From Lepidodermella squamata (lineage: Eukaryota > Animalia > Gastrotricha): DNA of 64,000 bases. The notes under the pieces are model-generated. The model did no database searches, was not told the DNA's origin, and was given only the letters and a program-made list of their open reading frames with translations. Where the stretch lies: contig JBLDXI010000026.1 in the NCBI GenBank assembly GCA_047495785.1, forward strand, positions 1,422,532 to 1,486,531. The letters run 5' to 3'. Positions 1-11,200 of the stretch are shown here, one piece after another; position 1 is the first letter of the stretch, and each line of letters starts with the position of its first letter. The position numbers were made by a program, and so were the translations under genes.

Positions 1-3000
1 ACAGGTTCAAAAGCGTGTCTATCGAAAACAATTAGTAGAAAAATTAAAAAAAAAATTGGTTCAAACTCACAAGTTCCGAAGACAACAACAACGAGAAAAT
101 ATAGCGCGAAAATCATGCCGAATTTAAATATTCCGCCCTTCGATCTAACGCCATCAAACATTCGCTAAAAAATTATGAAATAATTTCATTTTCATGGGAT
201 AAAATTTTTACCGAATTACCTGAGGCCAATCTTTCGCGGTTGTGAGTTGGAATACAGTTCTTTGGGTGAACAAAATTCAAAAAATATCGGGAAATTTGAG
301 AAAATTTATACATGATAGCAGTAGGAAAGTCGTCGAAATGAAATGCCGGACGGCCGTCATCGAAATTGTAAGACCCGCCGAAAAGACTCATACCGAGCAG
401 AGCGAAAACGATTAAAAATAACAGGAGAAAAACCAGCAGAGAAGCAATCGATTTCATAGCCCCACCAACGTTCGTGACAAAAGTTTTCAGCTGCGGCCAA
501 TACCTTGTTAGTTTAAAGACTCGAAGCAGGCGGAAACAACGCAAAACTGCAATGCCAACAGCCCATTTCGGGTTGACTGATTGTAAAATCAACTCCAATA
601 CACTTCCGATAATTATCTGAGTTCGAAAAAAATTCGATATAAATTCGAAAAAGGCCAACTGATCTTACAATAAACTCGAAGATATTCTGCTTTGAACGGA
701 AAAATGTTCGAACTCCCATGGCAAACATTTTGATAGCAATTTCCAAGCAGAAGACCCCAGCGAAAATTATCGCAAAAATATCTGAGCAAATTAACGAAAA
801 AATGATGAAAAATATTGCTATTGAAAAAATTGCGTACGAAGGGTCCTGTCAAGCCATGTAGGCTGGTTGTAGAACTCCAGCCCCAGCGTGATCGCATTTA
901 AAACCACGAATAAAATGATGACCCAGAAGAAAAATTGCGATTTGATGAAAATTCGCATCTGTCGCCGGAGTCTAGCGATGGGCGTCATAGATTTTAGTTT
1001 CTCCTCAGTTTCCTTCCGTTTCGCTTCTTCAGCCTTGTCCGTCTCCTCCTGCTGGGTGAACACATCGTCACTAGCCTCGCCCGCATTCGGAACCGAGGAC
1101 ATGGAAAGCGAAGCTGTGCTTCGGAACAAACTTTTCCCACGCTTTCTAGACATTCGGGCGTCATTTTCTTTTCTCACTGGAAGCAAGTAGTGTAATGAAT
1201 TGAGTTGTTTAGAACTATTAAGAGAAAAATACCGCTTATAATTCTGAGTTTTATCTCGTTGTCGACTGTAGAATCATTGAGCAGGGAATTTTCTGAAAAA
1301 TTCACAGGTATTATAAGAATATTTGTTTCGTCAAAAATTATGAATACCGGCTGTGGTTATCCAAGCTAGGTAGCTGCTTAATTCTTTCGCAAACTGTTCC
1401 TGTCGATGTTTCCTCAAATATTGTCGTCTCTTTTCAACCCTTCCTCGCTCTTTCGCGAATTCACTAATTAACATAAAAAATTAAAATTTGGAATATTTTA
1501 AGGAGGCGTTTTTCAACTCACGCGCTCAAAACACCGAGTACCAAATTAAGCATGAAAAATGTCCCGACAACGATGAGTAAGCAATAATAAATCCAGTTGA
1601 ATTGCTTCCCATAAACCTGTAAACCGAAAATTGAGAAAAAATCGAAAATATAAATAATTTCGACTCACTCCATCGCACATGTACATCAAATCAGACCAAC
1701 CCTCGGTCGTCACGCATTGAAAAACAGTCAGCATTGCGAAGCCAATGTTGTCGAAATTCGTTATGCCCTGATTTGGGCCGAGCCAATATCGACGGCAAGT
1801 TGCATTTTCCGAACAGATATTCGCTCCCGCTTTTGTAGAGCCGTCAGAAGCGCACGGCTTTGGATCGTCCCCACCGACAATTTTACCGGTTTGCTTATCG
1901 AAACACGTGTAGTGGAAAATTCCGACGTAAAACTGCATGCCGATAACTGAGAAAATGGCGATGACAAACAGCAATATCGCCGCGATTTGCGACAATGGTC
2001 CCATGGCGGTTATAATTGCTTGCAAAATCACCCGGAGCGGTCGAATTCTATTGTAAAAAAAGTAAAATTTGACCAACATTTGAATAGGACAAACCGGGTC
2101 AGCAATTTTAAAGGCCTCAAAACTCGAAGTGTTCGAAGAAATGACAAATCGATTTGAGTGAACAGAATTGTGAGCCACCTTAAATAAATTCTTGAAGGAA
2201 ATAGTTTCATCCCATCAAAATTTACCCAGCTATAACGACGATAAAATCGAGAAAATTCCAAAAATCGCGAAGATAAGCGCCTCGATTGAGAACAAGACCC
2301 ATGGAAATAATTTTCACCGTAGCTTCAAATGTGAAAAATATGATGAAAGGTAGTTCGGCGTTGTTGAGAATGAGGCTGATGGCAGCTTGATCGTCATTCG
2401 GTAAATTGACATCGATTGTCATTACAATAACGTTGGCAATGATGGCGCATATAACGACGTATTCAAACACCCACCAGTTGACGAGTAGGGTGCATAGTGA
2501 TCGAATGAGATTTTCTTCCCGGAATAGGTACAGCGAAACATTCGGTCGCGTCAACCACCGCCAGAGGCAGCCGAGCGAAACAGGCTCCTGAGGCTCATCT
2601 TCGTCTGGATTCCACGATTTTTTCGGTGTCTTCTGGCCGTGAAGAGGCGCTGAGGGGTCGCCGGTTGATGGGGTTGACGAGGCGCCCTGGTAGACCATAG
2701 GCAGGGTTGTCATCCAGATCGGGGCGTTTTTCGGCGCCACCGACGCGCCTGGTCGCATTCGATTGCTAGGCCCGAAGGAAGTTTCATAAGCTGGATTGTT
2801 GACAGCAGGTGATAGCGGACGAGCAACATTCGGAGATTCCCTTAGCAATTAAATTAATGAATTTAAATGCTTGTTGGAAATGAGGCTATTGATCGAAGCT
2901 ATATCAAAGCCTTGGGAGTGGAATAGTGAACCCTTACTTCATCAATTGTATTCAGATATGAACAGAGAATGGGCCCTAATTTTGGCAAATAGCTTGGAGA

Positions 3001-4616
3001 ATTCTCTAAGATATTTTGCAAGGGTCTAAAAAATAGCAACCCTAAATTTGAAATTCCAGCGTCCAGCATCGTTAAGCATCATCTTTTAAATTTCCTTTAC
3101 CGCAATAAACTTATACCTTTTAATCAATTCGGCTTCTTGTCAAGGCGCTCTAGTGAGACGCAACTTCTTTCTTGTATTATTGATTGGTTGAGAGCGTTAG
3201 ACCTTGGTTTTGTTGTGGATATTATTTATTTAGACCTATCCAAGGCATTCGACACAGTTCCTATTTCGCTTCTTCTATCTCAACTTCTTAAAATTAATAT
3301 TGTTGGCTGTGTATTTACTTGGCTTAAAGAGTTTCTCTCTGATCGATATTTTCGCGTTGTGACTGGCGGGGCGTTTTCAGAATGGGCGCCAGCTCCATCG
3401 GGCGTGCCGCAGGGTTCGGTTCTGGGACCCACGTTATTTATTATTTTCACTATATTTTCTAATGACGTCCTTACTAGTGCTATAGCCAAATATTTTGCGG
3501 ATGATACGAAACTATACAAGGTGATACACTCTATTAATGACTGTCTTTCTTTACAACATGACCTTGATAATATCACAACGTATTATAATACTAATGGGCT
3601 TTCCGTGAATCCTAAAAAGTGCGTGGTTCTTATAGATTGGGCAAAAGTGCTATCGATTTTGAATACACTATAAATGGTAATAAATTGGTGCTCGAAAAAG
3701 TTGTTAAGGATCTCGGTGTATATATTGACAACCAGCTAAATCTTTCGTATAATACTTCTCAAGTAATTGACAAATGTGCCCGAGTTACTAATGCTATATT
3801 TAAATGTTTTAAATCAAAAGAAATGCGACTGAAAGCCTTTAAAACACACGTTATACCTCTTGTTGAGTATTGTCCTGCTGTAGCTTCTCCTATTTTACTT
3901 TCCGACATAGATGACCTAGAAAGTGTGCAAATTAATTTTACTAAAAAATTGTTATGTCCTGGCTCTTTGTTTTATACTTCTGTCGACGGTTTTAACTATG
4001 ATGAACGACTGAAAAAACTTGACTTGCGAAAACTAGAGGAACGTCGTCTCATCAGGGATATTTGTCTCTGTCACAAAATGTATCAAAATACTGTTGATCT
4101 AAATTTTTATGATTTTTTTTCTATTTCTAGTCGCCGTAGAGCAGTTGCTCATGAAATTAGTTTTATACCTACAAATATTGATTCTTATAAATATTCCTTT
4201 GTTAGGCGTGTGAGGCCTCTCTGGAATTCAATACCTACTGATTATATTAATAATTCTCATAATAACTTTAAAAACTATGTTAAACAGCTCGACCTTAATA
4301 ACTATTTGACGTCAGTAGTGAGGCGCCATGACATTTTGTACCTATGACCATTTCGCCACTGTTGTTCGCGAACAAGAAGAAGAATAAAGAATAAAGAATA
4401 AAGCAATAACATTCTCGGTTTCAGCCCTTTTATGACCTTTTATGTAGTAAAAATGTAGTAAAAATGGGTCACGCCAGTGAAATTTTAGGTGATTTTTGTA
4501 AGCCAGAAACGCGAGTTGGACTGAAATCAAACTCACCCTTCGAAAACAGCATCATCGTTAGCATCGACTGCAATATTGGTGTTGCGGGGTTTCAGCTTAA
4601 TATCTGATTTTTTCAT
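1..4616 (-). CDS. Voltage-gated calcium channel alpha1 subunit (HVA, Cav2/Cav1-like), 5' part: N-terminus, domain I, I-II linker, domain II; continues off the left edge
   Basis: DI S4 LRTLRVLRPLKLL; DI pore GPNQGITNFDNIGFAMLTVFQCVTTEGWSD; AID-like EFAKERGRVEKRRQYLRKHRQEQFAKELSSYLAWITTA; DII S4 LRCFRLLRVFKLTRYW; DII pore FDDFPTAIITVFQLTTAKDWPQRMFDGVRSKGG. Proposed exon 1 (4616-4537, MKKSDIKL...DAVFEG, GTGAGT donor) joins in frame to the exon starting at 2840. Exon 1 is less certain than the family call. Confidence 0.93.
3062..4403 (+). mobile_element. 5'-truncated non-LTR retrotransposon (CR1/L2/Jockey-group LINE) RT and 3' end, antisense within Cav intron 1
   Basis: RT motifs YLDLSKAFDTV, GVPQGSVLGP, FADDTKLY, KDLGV, PLVEYC, LEERR in two ORFs (3137-3673, 3619-4347) joined by a frameshift near 3630. 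3' tail of (AATAAAG)n at ~4384-4403. Boundaries approximate; no clear TSD. Confidence 0.9.
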
Positions 4617-5170
4617 TTTCGAATGAAATTCAAGCTATAGTTGTATCTCATCATAAAGAAGTTTACCCGCTCAACTGCTACTATAAGACATTTAACTGTG
4701 CACTGCTAAAATTAGCATTTTGTATATGTGACCCGGCGCCGATTATCACAACCAGGTGCCTTAATAGGCATCAGTCACGCGATTTCCCGGCTTTTCACAC
4801 GCTTGACTCTGAAATTTGCAATCAGCTCCATCGACTGATATAGGTATGTAAAAATAGAAACGGGCTATTCAAAAGACGAAGCAAATTAAGATCATCATTG
4901 ATTGCGTTTTACTTCAACCACCGTCGAATAACCTTTTTTTTAGTACTCAACATACAACGAAATTTCAGTAGGTATGTAAGAAGAACAACATTTTTTCGAG
5001 AAGACTTCAGCAATGACTTCACAGGCGCTGGCGAAGTTGGGCCGATAGATTGATAATATTAGTGATTACTGACGTGAAATATCATGATATTCGCACTGGG
5101 ACACAAGAAAATTCGCATCGAAAATAGTTAGATAAAAATTTGAAATTTGATAATTTAATAGTATAACACG

Positions 5171-6346
5171 CTAGACAAAGAAAAGTGAGATGACGATGAC
5201 GAGCAAAATCACGAGCACAAAAATTGCACACCACTGCCGACGGTCGCTGGAAAGACGGAGCACCTTTTGCGTCCTCGCTAACAACGTGTCGATTCGCCGC
5301 TGCGAGTGCTCCATATCTTGGCCCAAATCTTCGAGCATCCTGATAAAATAAATTCAAATTAAATACATTGAATGAATAGCTGTAATTGGTATTTAAGATC
5401 GTAAAAAGACCGTCAAAATGGGCTTAAAAGATTTAAAAAAATTCAATTTTTCAATTAAAATTAAAATTTCAAAATTTTTAATTTTTTAATTTTTCTCAAT
5501 TAATAAATTCTCATTTCATCAAATATGTAGTTTGAAATAAAATAAAATAAAAGGCTTACACGTCTTGTTCATCCAATTCGTTTCCGATTCGCTGGGACAT
5601 GTCTTTCAGGAGCGAAACTCCGCCAGCGATCGCATCGAGATGTTCGTCTTGGTTTCTTAAAAGTTGCTGTTGTTCACTGATTATCGAGCTTGTGTAGGCC
5701 GCAGGAACACCGCCGCCTCCACTGTACGAAAATTCTGAGCCCTGAAAAGAATTAGAAAATTAAAATTCAAAAAAATTTATAAAAAAATCGCTGTATAGAA
5801 GAAAGAGAGACTTTCAATTCAAATGTTGCGAATTTTTTCGATTTAATGCAAAAATTAAGGATGATGCCATACCTTATTGTAAATATCGACATCAATCAAT
5901 TGTTCGGAATTAGCCGGTCTGGAAGACATAATTGAAGAATTTTGAGAACCCCCCACTCCGCCGCCGCCACCGCCCATGCGAGATTTAATGCCCTGTAGAT
6001 AGATCTTGGATCGTTGAATGAAAGCCCGCCGTTCGTGTAGCTGGTTATCGCTGATTGTGCCGAATTTCGCTCGATTCGTTTCGATTTGCTGCAACGCCTC
6101 CTCCACATCGGTTAGTTCCCATTCGCAGTTGGAAACGTGCTTCCGCAGCTCGTCCTCAAGGCGTAGCCGATCAGCTGGGGTTAACTTCGATATTCCGGTT
6201 TCGTTCAATTTCCCGAAAGTACTTGCTAGTTGCCCTAATCGACGGTTCAGATCTCTATGAAAATAAATTGAATAAAATTCGAAAATTTGAAATTTTCGAT
6301 TAACTCACTCTGACGGCTTTAAATACGGATCCGCTTGCCTCGACAT
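5171..6346 (-). CDS. STX6: Syntaxin-6/10-like Qc-SNARE (4 exons)
   Basis: N-terminal DPY, CEWELTDVEEALQQIETNRAKFG..LHERRAFI; SNARE motif [43 protein letters not shown]; C-terminal TM DRRQWCAIFVLVILLVIVISLFFV*. Confidence 0.92.
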
Positions 6347-8245
6347 ATTTCAAATTAAAATAATTGTAGTGTCTAAATTTAGAGAAAAAACTCAATTATT
6401 CTCAAGCTTTGATGACTTTTTATTTCAGTCTTTATTGCGCACACGCGATCGGCTCAAAGTCAACCGTGTGTAATAATAATAATAACATTATTCCTTCGTT
6501 AACTTCTTATATCAATCATTGATAATATAATATTATGTAACCGAAGTACATGGCAAATTTATGTAGTAATTAATTGATAGGTATCATTAGTATCATTTCA
6601 AGATGATGCACGAACAACATTACAACACCTTTTTAGTATACTATTTAGAGTCATTTTTTTCTTCATATAATAATAATATTTCAATAACGATGCCACCTTA
6701 AAACAAACAATACGCACAAACAATTTATGAAAAAGAGCGCTCGAGAAAAAACAACTCATCAATTTGTATCAGTTATCGCGTAATTCCTCACAGCGCGGTA
6801 TCGTAAGGTATGTACAAGCACAGAGAGCTAGTATTTTACTCTTATAATATAACAGTGAACATGGAGACAATTAGAGCACTTGACGTACGCACCACAGTGA
6901 GAAACAACTTTTCATATACTTCGTGTGTGGCCTCTATCCAAGGCATTAATTAATCAACTACGATATATCGTTCAATTTACACTTTTTAAATAAATGACAG
7001 GAATTATTGGACTTTAAAAAAGAGGAAAACGTATGATTTTTTTTAAATGATTTCTGTTCAACTAAAAATATAGCCCAAATGCAGACCCGGTTTTCGAGCA
7101 ATAATTCAAGTTCCCGGTAGCTTAACACATCCTGTTTCGTTTACGACGTGAAGAAAGAAAGGCTCTATAAGAATAGATTTTTTCTGATCATTATCCGACT
7201 TGATATAAAGTCATGAGAAATAATGCAGATAATTATCAATATAACATAGCTAGCCGTGTTCAGTTTGATAAACGGGAGGAGAAAACGAGATGTCACTTAG
7301 TTAGAAAATTTGTATAGTAGTGATAAAGAATAATACAGATTTGATGATTTTTAAAAGAATAATAATATAATAACAGAAGTATGCTGAAAAGTATCACGGA
7401 AGTCAGTTCATTTTCATCCATAATCAGATGTATGGAAACATTTTTTTTCACTTTCAACTTCGAACAACGCAACAAAAGTAACCTCAAGCGCTGACACCAT
7501 TTCAATATAACCCATGACAAAACGTTTTTTCATCGAAAAAAATAATAACAATATTATTTCAATTTACAGGTTCGTTCAAGTTTAGCTTGTAAAATTCGTT
7601 CAAGACCTTTGTTGCATTTTTTCCGCGCACAAAACTGAGTCATATGGAACAGTAATAAGTTTCATCAATAATTTTTTGTAAATGAAAACAGTAGCCACTA
7701 CCTTACTACAATTATAACAATAAGACCCCAATATCGATTAAGTGATGGGCCGATATTTTGAAATTTCAAGAAGAAGAAGAAGAAGATGTAAAGAAAGAAG
7801 CCTTTCGTGTGTAATAAATGCTTAGTTTAACGAATGAAAAACGAGCCACTCAAGCAAAGTGAATATTATTATTTTTTACATTTTGGTGAGACAAAATTTT
7901 CGCGAAATAGCGACGATGCACGGAACCCACCACACGCAAACAGAAAAATCCGGCCAAGCCGGTCGCTTTTTCACGATCGAGGAAAGAACGAAAAAACGTG
8001 CTCAGAAATGTTGATATTGAATATTTTAATATACTTGTTCCGTATTTATCGAAAACACAATAGGTTTAAATACAAACGAACTCACACGCATCAAGAAAAC
8101 AAGAGCCGAGGAATATTCGAGGAACAATATTCAAAAAATGCTGTCTTAATATTCATCTTTTTTATCATCATATCGGTCGTTTGATTGCATAGCATACAGC
8201 TTTGGTAAAAATAGAACGAGCTATCTTCTCCCGGCGAACTCAATG

Positions 8246-11200
8246 TCACCTGCTAAATATGTGCAGCATGTGATGGAGGTTGACCAGTGCGACTATGTGA
8301 GGCGGTAAGCAAGACATTCGAAGGCCAGTAGCAGGGTCAACTGCTAACCAGGACAGCGCATCGTGCTCCTCGACTGGAAATTGGAAAAAATTTCAACTCG
8401 TAATTTGATAATTCAATTAATGATGAAAAATGCATCTCAAGGGGGCGAAATATTACTTTTGAAAATGGATCAATGTATCAATATTTTCGATCATTCAAAT
8501 TTTGTATTCCTTCTTGATGGATAGCATTGAATTTGTTAATTCAGCTGAATTATTGCGTTAATGCAAAATGAGCTCAATTTTGATAGGTAAAAAAATTAAG
8601 GAAGACCTTTTGAAAAATCCTCCTTAAAATAATTCACTTACCGGCATATCTGAGAACATCGACAGTCCGTCTTGAGTCGAGCGGGTGTTCTTGGATCGCA
8701 TTGGCGGCACCCGCCCCGGAGCCTCCAGCACCCGAGTTGTTACCGCCAGAGGTTGAACCACTCGCCCCGAGACCGCCCGTGTTCAACCCACCAGCCGCAT
8801 TGCCCGCACTCGGCAAAATCGAAGCCGTGTGCACGTGAAGGGCCGCTCTCAACGCAGTAGGCCTGTCCACAATCGTCGATTGCGGTTGCTTCTCATCAGC
8901 CTCTTCGTTGAGCCCAGCATTTCTCGCGATTGTACACAACCAGTCGGGTAGGGACGGTCCCATTGGCGCGGATGATACGACAAAAGCTACGGCTAGCGGT
9001 TGCTGAAGTAACCCGCTACCAGCCGCACCTTGAGCCGCTCCGGTCGTCACGGTGCTATCGACCCCGAAAAAGTTGTTAGCCGAACTGCCGTACATGCTGG
9101 ACCCACCGCCGCCGCTTTCAACCGACGCCCTCGGCCAGCCACCGCTAACGCTCTGCCGAGATTGTGGCTGCTGGTTACCAGGGGCTGACAGCCCGCCAAA
9201 GCCGCCCATGTCATCAAAACCCATCAAACCGCCGCCCGCACTTGGGCTGGGAACAGCCGGCATTTCTAAGATATCTTTATCGATATCAACGGGGAACAAC
9301 AGGTCCCACTGGTCGCCGTCTTGAACCTCATCAGTGACCGTTTGAGTCTGGGCCTGAATCGCAGCTGATGTTGGGAATGCGAAAACGTGCGTGCTCGAAT
9401 ACGCGGAAGACCCGGTGCATGTGAACAACTTCCCGGCGGTTCGAAATTCAGTGGCTGATAGGTCGGAGCCCAGCCCAGCGCCTTGTAACACCGCGGTGGC
9501 GACCGGCAGTGACGCGCTTGATGACATCAACCGAAGCCAGGGATGCGGCTCGAGTGATATTAGACACGAGCTGATAACGCATGGCACATCGTGGCTAGGC
9601 AAGGCCTGGCAATGGTTGCAAGCGCCTTGCAATTTCGACGACATTTGCATCAAACTTTGCCGGGAGAGTAACGCAGACCAGGTCCGGACTTCCCCGTGAC
9701 CCAATCGTCCCAGCCTAGTCAAAACCAGTCGGATAGGCACTGCGAGGCTCGAGTGGCTGATGGCGCCCTGTAGCCAACACCAAACCCGTTCAACAGCCGC
9801 ACGGGCGACTGGTGGGCGTAGCCTGGTCGGTTTGTGCGATTTCGTCCTCGACTTATCGCCACTGGGTGGTTGTTGATCACTCTGGTCAGGCGGCGGTTGC
9901 TCGAGGGCGAGAACTCCGGTTTTCACGATATAACCGCAGTCATCGGTTAATGATACCAGGAGGAACCGCTGATCTGGGGTAGGGCAATATGCCGCGAAAA
10001 CAACCACGGTTGCGTCAGCTTTTTGCCCGCAACACTCAGCCAAACGGGTTTGTTGGTCTTTCATCCTCGCTAGGACCGCGACAGGGCTATACGGCCACCT
10101 CAACGGCCCGTCCCATAGTCCTGTTGCGTTTTCTGGCGAGTAGCGAATCGGTTTTCGATCCGGGTTCGCGGCAAGGGCGATGCGAGCGTCGGTTAAAATA
10201 ATTTCCCGCATGATCGGTAACGGCCCGGTATCTGTCAAGGCCCGTTCGCCGCGGTCGATTCGCCACCTCGAGCCGAGCTGGGTGTAAATTGAGAAGGCTA
10301 ACCGCCGGATTTCGGCTTGAACAGCTGTATGGGCACCGGACCAGGCTAAGGCGGCGAAGGAGGTCGGCACCATTTGAAGCACAACCCGCTCCCGGAATTC
10401 ATCAGAAGGCAACTGGTCGAGTAAATGCGAGAATAGCCGCAAAACTTGGCAAGCAACTGCCTGGTCGCGAACAACAACGTAACAAACACAGCCGTCGTAA
10501 CTAGATTCCACCTGCTCGCGGTCTGTTAGACTGTCAACGATCATTTTCTGAACAGATCGCAGCCAATCGCGCTGGGCATTGGCGTGTTGGGCGGCGCGGT
10601 TAGGCGTCGCCGGGGAGTTGTCCATGGCTGAATCGATTACAATAGGCATGCGTGGCACTTTTTGGTGAGCCGCAACGGGGAATGACGCCTCGACCAGGGG
10701 CGTGTGGACACTCGCCAGCCGACAGTCGACCATCACGCGGCCGACTTCGTTGATGAAATACTTCAAGGCCAACGTTTCAACCTGCTCCTCGTCGTCGAAA
10801 TTCGACTCTGGTGGTACGGAGGACGGTCTCACGCTGAAATAACACAACCGCCTACCCGCCCCAGCGACTGGTTCCAGCCCGTTCTTCTCCCAGTACGGGC
10901 CCAGGGCGGACGGGGCGAGTTGAACTGCCTCCTTCTCGCAGCTAGCCATAACAAATGGGATAGGAACAGCAGTCGCAACTCGGTCTGGCCCGCTTTCGAA
11001 TAAGCTGACCAGCTGGAGTGGCCCAGCATTAGCAGCCGCGGCTGGAATACCGGCCTTAGCTTCGCCATTTTGAGCCATATCCTTGTGCTTATTGCCCGCG
11101 GCCGAGTGATGCCCGGTCGTCTCGCCGTATCGGAATGCGTTCAACAAAACAGGGTGGATATTCGAGACGATGCGGAATAACTCGGTAGTAGAGCAAGTTG

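Noticed and set aside
6400-8245. SECIS element or ncRNA in the long AT-rich region 3' of MED13, given nearby EEFSEC
   Set aside because: No convincing SECIS or tRNA fold seen, and no gene here needs UGA readthrough. Likely 3'UTR/intergenic.
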